Assembly: GCA_004764695.1 (NCBI GenBank)
Contig: SMSO01000032.1
Location: 3,504,483-3,568,482, forward strand
From: Schizochytrium sp. TIO01
Lineage: Eukaryota > Protista > Bigyra: Labyrinthulomycetes
Direction of reading: 5' to 3'
DNA length: 64,000 nucleotides
Shown: positions 18,800-29,949 of the stretch, piece after piece
Numbering within the stretch: position 1 is the stretch's first letter
Layout: each line of letters starts with the position of its first letter
Made by a program: the position numbers and the translations under genes
Notes under the pieces: generated by a model
What the model was told of the DNA's origin: nothing
What the model saw: only the letters and a program-made list of their open reading frames with translations
The model's database searches: none

Positions 18800-21700
18800 T
18801 GATCAAGTAGCGCGTGAGAGTGTGCGCGAAAATCTAAGTGAGTCTGAGCGAGCTAAACAGACTAACACGCAGGTTTAGCAGGGTTCTACCTTTTGGCAGA
18901 AGTGCTCTATTGTAATCAGGCTGTCCTGGATTTTGATGGCGTTTGACTTAAATTGCAGCGTTACTCAGAGGCCTGAGAGGTCCTCTGTCTGTGTGCTGCG
19001 AGTAGCTTCCGCCGCTCGTTCACTTGCTGCGTTTGACCTCGTTCTGGGCAAATAACCAAGGCAGGGGCCCTTTATTATGCTAGTAGGTAGGTACTAGTTA
19101 GAAAGTATAATGTCGTAAATAAAGTAAGGAGAGGAAGTGAAAGGTTTGAACGTGTGTTTTCGCAGATCTCTCGTAACAATCCGCGTTTCCTGACGTTTCT
19201 TTCCTCGCCAGCCTCTTCCTCGCAAGACGGTCCTCTCGAGTCGGTCCCGGCTTCGTCCAGCTACCCACCAGCTCCCAGTCACCTCCCACGCAGCGAGGTG
19301 CGTCGCGTGCGTCCTGCAACTGCTGTCACAGCCAGGCCTCTCCAAGCGTGGTGTTTTTATGTTTCTGTATCGAGGTTTGCCTTCGCCGCACTTGTGCCAC
19401 TGCCAACAAGAAGAGAAGAGTGTATAGCTAGCTAGCTAGCTACTCCCCCCAAAGCCAAAAAAAAAAAGGAGCAAAACTTGAAAAGGGCTGAAGAGAGAAA
19501 AAACCAGAAGTAAGTAAGAGCGCAGAGGAAAAAGCAGGCCAGAAGAGACTCAGGACAACTGAGCGACTGATGACTTTCTCTCGCTTTGCCTTTCCTTTCT
19601 TGAACGAAACTTTCAGAGAAACAAACTTTCACCGAAGAACAAAAGAAAACAAAGAAAGAAAGAAGAAAAAGAAAATAAACCAAACAAACTGATGCCGAGC
19701 TGGTTTGCTGTCGCGGCCTTCGCTACCTATGCACGCCCGTTTCACCGTGTCAATGGGCGTCCACGCGGCAGGCGACCTGGTTACGTACTATGATCTCCAG
19801 ACCAGCGTGTGAAGTTTCTCTAACGTGTCGTCTTCGCAAGGCGTCGTGCAGACGGAGCTGAGCCTTTTTCGCAGTGATAGGGTTCTGTCCTCTATTTCCT
19901 CAGTCGGTGTGATTCTTTCTTTCTTCTTTGCTTTTTATCACAAAAACAAACCAAACAATACAAAACAATTCTAAAAAATCAATCACTTCGCTCTTCTTCT
20001 TCTTCTTCTTCCTTTTTGTTCTTTCAGTCGCTGCTTTTCAGCACTAGTACTACTCTACCTACCGCCTACCCTAGCAGTGCTCGCTGTTCTTTCGCTGACG
20101 TTCAGTTTTCATTTTATTAAACATGACCAGTCAATCAATCTCTGAGGGGAGACAGAGAGACAGAGAAGGAAAAAGCGGGAAGGGCAGCAAAAAGAACGAG
20201 GATCCATCTTCGCCGGAAGAACGAATATGGAGAAAAGAACAGAACGATGTGGAACAGCGGAAGAACGGTCTCCAGGACTCGCTCGCTCTTGATTCGAATG
20301 CGATCGATGATATTGGCACGGAAAGAACATTCCATTCTGTGCCATGGCCACGGGCAGAGGCGCTGCGAAGGGCCGCAGTGAGGCTGCGAAGAGGCCCCAG
20401 CACACTCGCACCGAGGCTGGGAAGCTGCGGGTGCGAGCTAAAGTTCGGAAATTTGAAGTTTCATCTTTTTGGCTGCCTGTCTGTTTGTTTGAAAATTGAC
20501 CTGATGGCGATCCACGACGCTGAAGCCGCCGCGGCAGGGCAGCGCGACGAAACGGGTGCCTTGGCTGCTGCTGCTGCAACAGAGGGCTCTGAGAACGTTT
20601 TCCGCCACCAAGCCCGCGCTACGGCCCGGGTTCCCGGGTCCGGTCGAGATGGAGATGCCGCTCGCCACGAAAGCTTGGTTCTGCTGCAGGGACTGGTTCC
20701 TGCGCCGCAGAGAGCGTCTGGGCACTCGAGCCGCCGCGACGGCAGCTTCCGTGCTGTGCCAAGCCGCGCGAGTGCAGCTGCGCTTGAGGACGCAGGGCGG
20801 CGAGGCCGGAGTGTCTGGCCCAGGCAAGATTCGGGATCCCAATTCGAATCCAATTCGACTTGAAATTCGCCCCAATTCTCGACGAGACCCGCACTTTGAA
20901 GCCCAAGAAGTCCTAAGCCAGACCCACCCAGAGTCCTCGCCGAGTCGGTCCCGCCGCGACCGCGCTTGACACGCAGCGCTCTCGAGCCTGGCTCCGCACG
21001 CACGCACGCACGCACGCGAGCCCGTGGCCCTTGTTCTATGATTGGCCATCTCCAATTCAAATCACTGTCGTTCTCTCCTTTTCAAATTCAAAATCCCCTT
21101 TTCAAAAATTCAAATCCCTCGCTTTTCAAAACCCTTTTCAAGGGAGCCTTGGGCCTACCGTCGCCTATGCATTTACTAGGGCTTGTTTTCTTTCTTTCTT
21201 CCTTCCTTTCTTTCTTGTTTGTTTGTTTGTTTGTTTGTTTGTTTGTTTGTTTGTTTGTTTTCTTTCGAAAAAAGAAGAATGAGTTGGATCACTGATCACA
21301 GTCGCAGCAATCGACGCAGAGAGAAGGACGACTTAAGTTCTCGAGACTAAAGTTTCTTTTGTGAGTGGCTCCGCATTAGTGAGGTAAGAAGGGACTCTGA
21401 GGTGACCAAACAAAACAAAGTGTGTCTCATATTGTACAGACTCTCTTTCGTTTTATGGACGCTCTGCTTTGCTTTGCTGTATGTATCCTAGCTAGGTAGG
21501 CCTATCTACACAGGTCCTAGGCGTCTGTCTGTCTGCTTCGTGCAGGAGGAATTGGCCATCAAAACTCGATCATCTGTGTCCACAGTTTGACAGAACAAGG
21601 GCCTCGAGGATCCAGCGCGGCACGTCCCTTGACCGTGCAGCACGCAGACTTGTGGCCCACGGTCGCGTCCAGGAGAGACTGTCTATTTTGGGGGTAAGCT

Positions 21701-24700
21701 TTGGAGAGTCCAGGATCGAAGTCAACTTCTCGATTACAGCTGACTCTGTTTGCTTGTTTGTTTATTTGCTCGCATTCAAGATTCCAAGAAAGATCACAGC
21801 CACTCGAGCTTCACAGAGGGAACAGAACAGAACAAATTGTTTCTCTGAAAGAACACCCGAAAAGAACGCCGCCTGTACCAAGAACTTGAACAAACGGAAC
21901 ATCTGACAGTCAAAGTTTGTTCTATTGTTTTCTTATCATGATTATTTTATTAAATATTAAAGAACCTATAGTTTTGGACTTGAAAGAAAATAGCAGTAGT
22001 AGTAGTAGTAGCAGTATAGGACATAGTAGAACTGGTCAAGAGAAAAAAACTTTGAAAGATGTAGAATTCAACTCAAGCTGAACTTCAAAGAGGTTCAGCT
22101 TTCATTGACCATCTTTCGTCATGAACAAACGGAGTTCCTCAAAAAATCTCGCTGGCTCTCCCCTATACCACACTGCTGCTAAAACCCATTTGACTGATAC
22201 AATGTGTCTCCATTCAAGCTCTGAAGAAACCACGGTTCTTCGGCGTTTCTTCCTGATAGCCCCCTCTTATGCCCACTGGGCGCCACATCCCCTCACATCG
22301 AGGGCACGAGCTAGGAGGGCGGCGAAACTGTCGCGTCTTGCCTTTTCCTCTGGCGTACACTATTAACGCTATGGCTTCTTTTATTGATGGCATCTACCTC
22401 CCTCCCTAGTAGTCCCTGATAAAGGGCTTAAAAAGAATGCTATGAAATAAAGAAGATCACACCTCTTTAAAATTAATTAGATTATATTTAATTTAAAGAA
22501 ACTAAAAAAAACTTTATATATACATGTTAAAAATTGAAACCAGCAAACTTGCTTTGATCGCAGCGGACAAAGGCCAGGCGATCTTTGTTCTGTTCTCCGA
22601 TGGAGACCCAGCAGCTAGCTATCTTGCCGCTGGCCGTCCTGGAGAGCCTGCAGGCCTAAAGTCAGAGCCAAGATCTCAAAGATCTCCAAACACAAAGCAG
22701 GCTGGGGCACCACCTCTAATTCGTTTGCTTTCTCAGCTCCAAGTTGCCTTCGGATCACCTCGCTCGCTAGCTAGCTTGCTTACCCTTACTGTTTTCGTTG
22801 AAAGGTCGTTGCCTCGAGACCCACTATCAACCTGGCGATGATAAACGAATCCGATATGTGAGCAGGCATAGAACTGAAGGGGTGTGCAGAAGAGGCCTCG
22901 TTTTGAAGAAAGGGTCACCGCGATCACCGCCTTCCCAATACGCGAGGTCGGCAGCGCCCGTCCAGAGTCGGCGCTGGCGCTTGGGACTTGTTCAGGTGGG
23001 CACGCACCACCCGCTCGCCCGACCTGGCGCCTGCTGGGTTGGGAGCGGGCTCGGCGCCGGGAGACCCGAGTCCGGAGTGCTCCGTGGACAATTACGGATG
23101 ACCGGTTAAATGTTACCACACTTGCACATGATGCACGCCCATACCTTTGGTTAGCTACTCCTTAGGCCACTGGTAGGCCGAGTCTGATGGCATGAAAACC
23201 AGACCGCCCTTCTATGGTTAACACTAATAATAAGAAGGTTTGTCTAAGGACCACGCTTCGCTCGAGCTGTTTTTTGGTTTCTTTTCTCCTCCTCTATAAG
23301 AGCTGATTGATCTTATGGAGAGCTGTCAATATTAGCAGTGCTATTAGTACCTGCTAGCTGAGAAGGAAGTTAAAAAAAAACACAAAAATATTTTATTTTT
23401 AATAGGAATATCATATACTGGTCTATATTTATGTTTGTTTTCAAATTAAAAAATGGCTCGGATAATTTGAAACGTGAATATGCTAACAAATAAAAATATA
23501 AATATAATTACTTGAATGAACAAGGAACAACCTTCTAAACTGGGATGACTTCCTTGCTCAAGCCAGCTTCATCTTGCATGACCTTCATGGCGTGTGTCAC
23601 GTTTATTGCAATACTGTCGCTCAAAGAGGCAGGAGCAACGTGTGAAGCAATACATAGACCGCCACCTGCGCCACAGCCTCAAGGAAAGAGCTGGAAACAA
23701 GGTTTAGATGTAAGATGATACGGAACCAACATAGAACTATTGTAGAACTTCTTTTCTGTTCTTCTCTTTTCTTTTTCACGCTTAAAGCAAAAAAAGGAAT
23801 TTCAAACAGAGATTAGTGGAATGATCGAAGTTCAATTCTTAGCTGTCTCACGGTCCGTCAGGCAGAAGAAGATTATGATCGCGATTCTTGAGACGGAGGA
23901 GTTATCTAGGTATAGCCTGGCGCAGAGAAATGTTTGAAGTAGCCTCGTTCGCTCTTGTACAAACAGCTACCTAGGTTCTGGCCGCCTTCCAAACAGTCCT
24001 GCTCTCCAGCATCGAGGTTCGAAAGGCTTGCGCTGACTCCGCCAAACGAACCCCGGCCCAGTGAATCCACCCGCCTGAACGCCGCAATCGAGAGCTCAAG
24101 CCAATGCCTCTATCTCTCGGCCCCTAAGCGTGCAATCTCGACTCCAAGCGTGCTTCATCGTGCAAGGAAAGCTAACTTCGTCAGTTGGGTCTACATTATG
24201 AGCCACGAGGACTTTGCCAGCAAGCAAAAATTCATCGCTGCTTGCCATAAAAGACTCAGAGCGTGCCACAATGACGGCCACACTCCTTGATTCTTAAGAG
24301 GCGGCCAACGAATGAGGAGCAAGCGCGCACACGGTGTCTATGGTGGTCGAGTTCTGTGATCGTAATTCGTATAGAGCAGCTCCACGTACGTACTGCCACC
24401 ACGAAAGAGATCTGCCATAGGTCGCTCCAGAGGATCGCCACCTGGGGGCGAACCTCGCTAGGACCGCCCGACAGAGCTGGGCTGCGTTTCGACGACGATT
24501 CTGCTGCGGTCCAACATTCGAGTGCGCGAAGAAGTTTTCCTGGAGGGAGCCGGAAACCTTCTCGGCTCTGTTGTTCCTCATCGCAACGTAAAGCTTAGGC
24601 GGTCGATGCAGCTTGGCTATCAGAAGAACTTTGTCAATCGGGCGAGATCATCTTCACATGGCACGCTGTCTTGCATGGCCTTTCGACCAAACCAACTTGC

Positions 24701-24860
24701 CGATCGTCGAAAGCAACCTTTGGGCTGGACAACTCTCCAGCTGCTCCCGTGGCGACTTGCTGCTCTGGCTGACTGATCAGTTCAGAATGCGATCAGTCAG
24801 CAAAGGAATGGGCGGACGTTGGCGCTGCTCGTGCCTTTGCTCGGCGGCAGTTTAGCTGCT
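18800..24860 (-). pseudogene. ~6 kb block of decayed typical-class LRR units upstream of, and co-oriented with, the TPR gene
   Basis: Minus-strand motifs: SLR-LYLDNSSVSRIAIIIFFCLTDRET (~23925-23835, full 24-aa register), SLGRGSFGGVSASLSNLD, VTFNRSSVIVHGAL (23119-), ANELEVVPQPAL..FEILAL, SFAALLARALDVRGCGAQWA*EGAI, KLEWL-DLSWNL, LEALVLSNCG, DLRKHTFKPFTSSPYF, TLQFKSNAIK, DYNRALLPKGRTLLNLRV. Confidence 0.65.
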
Positions 24861-24879
24861 TGCACCTCTTTCGCACTTA

Positions 24880-27220
24880 CTGTGCAATGACCCGCTGGTA
24901 ATATAACACTGGCCGTTCAACTATATGCCTAGGAAGAATGAGAAGTGATTGAGTGTAAATGCACTCGAGTTAGAGCTGCACGAATACAACAAACGCAGAG
25001 GCTGCAAGCTATGCTCTATCGGGTTTATGGCTTGGAGAATGCTTTTTTAAGTGCTGAGGATTCTGAACAATACGAGTTGGAATATCGTTATTCATGTTTT
25101 GTAAGGTCCGCGAACGCAAAGTTGATTGGCCATGTACATGCCTTCATATACTCGAAAAAATAGTAAAGGAAAAAGCCAACTCTGTATACTCATTAAATTA
25201 AATTCTTGGCTGTTCCCGAAGTTTGATCGAGGAGCTAATTTGTATAGCACCCGGGCTCAGAAAGCTCTTCGTTTTTGTGATCATATCATTTGTTCTTTTC
25301 GTTGTTCCCTCTTTTTTTGTCTTTTGAAAAAAGTTGAGAAAAAGAATATATATAAGTTTTTTTTTTTTTTTTTTTCTTTCTGACTCTGTGCTGAGGCATT
25401 TGATTGGCCCAAACCCAGTTGAATGCGATGGATGAGAGATTACACGTGCCTCACCTTTTGTCTTCACCCAAATGCTACCTTTGATCGGATACAAGCTGTA
25501 AGTGCTCCACCATTTAATTGTTCAAAGAGTATTAGTAGTTTTATGACATTAAAAAATAAATAAAATGTTTTAAATTTTAAATAAAGGTACTATACAACAA
25601 ATTTCAGTGCAATTCGTGTGCAACCCTTTCCAGATGACGCAAAGGGTCGTCAAGGGAGATGGTTCCTGGACAATTTGTAAAGCCTTGAAGACCACCTTGC
25701 TTTGTTGATCAAATAATAACTTTCTTTTTTTCCTGAATCAAAGTTTATGGTATAGTAGAATTGCCTACCATTAACCAAAAAGCTAAAGCAGCGGATATGG
25801 ACTTACCTACTCTTCAAATCGAAGCTCATATTAGGCAGATAGTAGTTTACAACTAAATCATAGTCATAGCTGACTTTGAAATCTACCAAGGCACTAAAGT
25901 ACTCATCTAGTTAGGTTGAGAAATAGAGATCCGGGCTTAACTGGTCGCTTCGAATTCTTCGTAGTCTGTAGATGCCATAAACTGTTATTTGCAAAGAAGG
26001 CACTGCTTCTGCCATTGTAAAGAGTGTTTTCATATCTAAGCTACGTTACATAGTATCCACAAGAACGTGCACGTGCAGGATTCTGAATCTATTTAGAGGC
26101 CCTCCTTCTTTCTCACAATTAGCCTAAGATCACCCATTTTAGAGACAATCCCACCCACTCCAAATCAGTTCTGCAAAGACATACTTGAAATAAAAAATTA
26201 TAAAAAAGAGTGAGAGACACTATGACTATTCAAACATGAAGCAGCCAATTATAAAATCGTATCGCATGCAATTCTATCTGAGCACAGTTCTTATTATACT
26301 GCGTGGTCTCTAAAACGATAGTCTCACAAGATAATATGAGGCCACTGTTTATCTTTGTATATAGAAAATAATCTAGGTCTCAGAACGGGTAAAAAGGAGA
26401 CTACAGGAGTAGATACCACATATCTTTTACAGAGGGCTGGGCGTGCTTAATTGTTTTTTCCATAAGTACGCTTCGAATGTAGAATAAGGATATCTCGACT
26501 ACGCAACCTGAAAGTAGATACCGCTCATGTTGTACAAAAGGCTTGGCGTATTTGCTTGTTGTATTTTTCATTTTTCACGAATTTGCTTGAAGTATAGGAT
26601 ATTATCCACTGCGTTACGATCATATGTAGAATCTTCATATCGTATATGGGTCATACGTAATTCGTATTTAAACTAAAATGGTAGTTAATGCAACATGAGC
26701 AACATTGTGTTATTGGTTTTGTTTATAAGTATGTTCGGAAATCAATATGAGAGCCCAATCCATTGGTCCCCTCTCTCAAATCTCGCGCTTTTCGTGCAAA
26801 GCTGAGCAGCTATAATAAAGATAAGCATCATTGCTAACTGCAAATCAAGCAACTGGAAAGCTGCAGAGGGTAAAACCACCTCCTCACATTGGTCTTGAAA
26901 CTTGATCTGTTTCCACCCTTGCTGGAGTTTAGGTTTGTTTTGAAAAAGGAAATCTCAAAAGCAGGTGTTTTATCATCCTAGTCATGGCAATGGTTTATCA
27001 CACTCCAGTTCTTATCGTTTCCGTCTTGGACACCTCTCCATCGTCGTAATTATTGAAGTTGTCGTTGTTCTATGTCATCATCAATTATGGCACTGCGGCC
27101 ACCCTGTCATCGTGTTTGCTGCACCGTATGCTCGTTCAAATTGTCAAACTAGCCGTATCTTGGGTGTTTGTTTTCTTGGTGAGTTGTTTCTAGTCAAGAT
27201 ACATTTCTTCTTTTTATAAA
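24880..27220 (+). pseudogene. Decayed NxLxGxIP-class LRR gene with a remnant N-terminal cap, AT-rich
   Basis: IECKCTRV cap-like segment (24948-24971), NAKLIGHV, FLDNL*SLE, GLTGRF..CHKL, SKLRYI..RILNLFRGPPSFSQL (26077-26121), ISRLRNLKV (26490-26516), ISMFGNQYESPI (26725-26760). Confidence 0.6.
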
Positions 27221-27569
27221 AAGGAGCTGATAAAATATGCACACTACCTCCATAATGAGCTTGTCAAGACGTAAAGACAGTATAGAAAGCCTCCGGAATA
27301 TTGTGAAGCGGTGAGATATTCATCTTGCTACATAATTCCACCAACTGGCCGAAAGTAGTTCTGAGAAGACGTAGTAGGCAGGCAGATAAATATAGATTGA
27401 TCAAGCCTGTCTCCCTCGACAAGCCAAAAACATCATACGTGTATCACGTACTGACATCTTTCGGCCAGCCAGCCGGTCGGTCGGTCGGTAGTTAGGTAAG
27501 TTGGCACTTGCTCAGCATCTATGCCTGCAAGTGTCGAACCACGCTAACTATAGCATAAATGGATCAAAT

Positions 27570-29090
27570 TTACTCGAGCGTCCGGAGGAGACGCCACAAA
27601 CCAGCAGCTTCGCGAATCTGCGCAAAATTGATGCAAAAGGCTTGGACCTCGATAAAGAGATCCGAGACATCAACAATGTTGTTGCGGATAAGCGACTGCA
27701 AGAAAACACAAACGAGGCGCACGAGACGGTGCTGCATGTACTTATCTTTGATGTTCTCGCAGGAGGAAATGCAGTTGGAAATATACAAGTGAATAAACTC
27801 GGGGGGTAGCTGGACCGCGGTAGTTAGACGGTTGACAACCTCCATTGAGTGCAAAGACATTTCCATCTCTACGAGCGCGCTAAGGTAGTTCGTGATCATA
27901 TCACTGTTCATGAGCTTAAGCAGGCACTCGAAGGCAATCATAGGGTTGTTCTCCACAAGGTCGGGTAGGTTTCCGGGTACGAGGCCGCATTGGTAGGCCA
28001 ACCGTGGGTCCTCTTCGAGTTCCTGAAGGACTTGTTTCTGCTGTGCCGGTACGAGCGGACCCTTGAAGGCCTTTGCCATTAGCTCGCGGAATTCCTCGCC
28101 CCGGGAGGTATCCTCGCACATGCTAGCGTCCCACAGCAAACCAGGTGGGTCGACCGGGTTAAGCCAAATCATTTCGTTCGCTTCAACCTTAAAGAGCGTC
28201 GGGGGTGGCCTTGCAAATGTTGGTGCAAACCCCGCCATCGACAAACCTGACATGCTTCCATCCTCCGCATCTTCAAGTCCCACAATCGAGTCCACCGTCG
28301 GTTTCTGAGTCGGCATTGGTGCCGGCAATTTCTGGGCCACTCCTTCAGGTCTCACCGGGTCAAATACCACGGGTCTCTGCTCAATAGGCACGCGAGCCGG
28401 TCCACCAATAAGCCCCAAGCCTACCCTTGTGTTCGTGCCCTGCTCATATTCGCGCATGAGCTCCGAGTATTCCGCCGCCTCCAACGCCGGCAGCTGCGGA
28501 ATACCCGCCAACTTTGAGAGCTCATCGCACACGGCATCAGCGCTCATTTGTGCCCATGAGGTGGAAATAACTGCGCTCGAACCGGCGCCACCAACGGAAG
28601 CCGCAGCACGTGCTGTCTGCGACATGTCAAAGCGCACGCTCAGTCTACGCAACGTACCGCTGATGAAATGGCACTCCGCAGTGCGGCTCGGGTCCGTGGC
28701 ATTGACCTTGAACAGCAAGCGCAGGAAGACACCGGCAAAGGGGTGCACGCGCTGCACGCCAGTCCTGGACAGAGCAGCTTCAGGGAGTGTGGCAGAGGAG
28801 TTATTTGCACCAGCGGAGGAGGGGCTGATGCTCGAGTTGTCGGCAGCGTCGGCGTTCGGAGTGTTGGGGGGGACTCCGACGAAGTTCTGAAGGAGAAAGA
28901 GGGCTACGAAGCGCTGAGCACGCGGAAGGAGATTGTCCTCTAGGAGGACGGCGAGCGTGCAGGCCCATCGGAAACGCTCGTGGCGGGTGGTCTTGGACTG
29001 AGCCGCCTCCAGAGCGGCCTTGAGAGGAATGTCCGTGCGCTCGCACACAGCCACCACCTCGCCGAGCTCGGCCAGCGAGAGCAGCTTCAT
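27570..29090 (-). CDS. CNOT11: CCR4-NOT complex subunit 11 (DUF2363 C-terminal domain), 506 aa
   Basis: C-terminal [16 protein letters not shown]...[14 protein letters not shown]...[42 protein letters not shown]...[22 protein letters not shown] and the central FARPPP..WLNP motif are characteristic of CNOT11. Confidence 0.96.
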   Translation of the reverse strand: MKLLSLAELGEVVAVCERTDIPLKAALEAAQSKTTRHERFRWACTLAVLLEDNLLPRAQRFVALFLLQNFVGVPPNTPNADAADNSSISPSSAGANNSSATLPEAALSRTGVQRVHPFAGVFLRLLFKVNATDPSRTAECHFISGTLRRLSVRFDMSQTARAAASVGGAGSSAVISTSWAQMSADAVCDELSKLAGIPQLPALEAAEYSELMREYEQGTNTRVGLGLIGGPARVPIEQRPVVFDPVRPEGVAQKLPAPMPTQKPTVDSIVGLEDAEDGSMSGLSMAGFAPTFARPPPTLFKVEANEMIWLNPVDPPGLLWDASMCEDTSRGEEFRELMAKAFKGPLVPAQQKQVLQELEEDPRLAYQCGLVPGNLPDLVENNPMIAFECLLKLMNSDMITNYLSALVEMEMSLHSMEVVNRLTTAVQLPPEFIHLYISNCISSCENIKDKYMQHRLVRLVCVFLQSLIRNNIVDVSDLFIEVQAFCINFAQIREAAGLWRLLRTLE

Positions 29091-29949
29091 GCTCGCGCAA
29101 ATACGGCAAGCTGGACACGCGGCGGCAGCGAACGCCTAATCCAAAGCCAAAGGCAATCGATCTAATCTAGTTTGATTGTTTCTTCTTCTTCGCTTTTCTT
29201 CTTCTCCAATATGACTAATCTATCCACAATCAACACTGATTTCTATTCCCCACTTGTCCCCAATGCTCTACAGTACACCAAATCTTTACCCTACTGTATA
29301 CCTTACTATACTCCACTGTGTCTCTATACCCTATAGTACCTACCTACCTACCTACCTACCTACCTACTTGCTGCTAACTGGCCAAAAGATAAGGAGACCA
29401 CAGCGAGTAGAACAACAGGAACAATAGGAACATAGAGAACTAAGGGAACGCAGGGAATTGTAGGAACAGCGGGAACGCAGATGAAGCAAAACTCACTCAC
29501 GCCAGCGAAGACCACGAGACCTACTCAGGGGTCCCGGAAGAGGCTTTGGAGTGCCAGGTTCGCGCAGACTCGATCAGAGGGGACTCGTGCAGGTCCTGGG
29601 GCGATGATAGCGGCTAGGGAGCGCAAGTGACCTGCCAACGGGCTCGAGACCTCGCGCGCATCACTGTTAGATCCTAACTATTAAGATTAGAATGAAGTGC
29701 CATGTAGGGACCTGGCCACGTTTAATTCAAAGCAACTCAAGGGAGAGACCATCGTAGTTCCTCATCAATCAGGATACGAGAATGAAGAAGGTAGCACTCT
29801 AAGGGATTGCAAACAAAACTTGAAGAAGTGAGGTGGGTTTTGACCTATACGGGCTTGAGTTGGCAATGGAATGGGTAAAACCTATTCAGTACCAGTGCAG
29901 CAAAGAATGTTGTGTATATGTACATATATATATATATATGTGTGAAATT

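Noticed and set aside
20109-21060. Cluster of 140-250 aa overlapping ORFs on both strands
   Set aside because: No recognisable domain, Arg/Ala/Ser-rich, several frames open at once; explained by high GC and decayed LRR sequence
22075-22101. 12-bp hairpin AAGCTGAACTTC-AAA-GAGGTTCAGCTT, and a 10-bp one at 3359-3383
   Set aside because: Short, isolated and expected occasionally by chance; no repeat copies or terminator logic in a eukaryote
24035-24061. LGRGSFGGV on the minus strand looks like a kinase glycine-rich loop
   Set aside because: No correctly spaced VAIK, HRD or DFG follows; the context SLGRGSFGGVSASLSNLD fits the LRR xLxxGxFxGxxxSLxxLD pattern of the surrounding block
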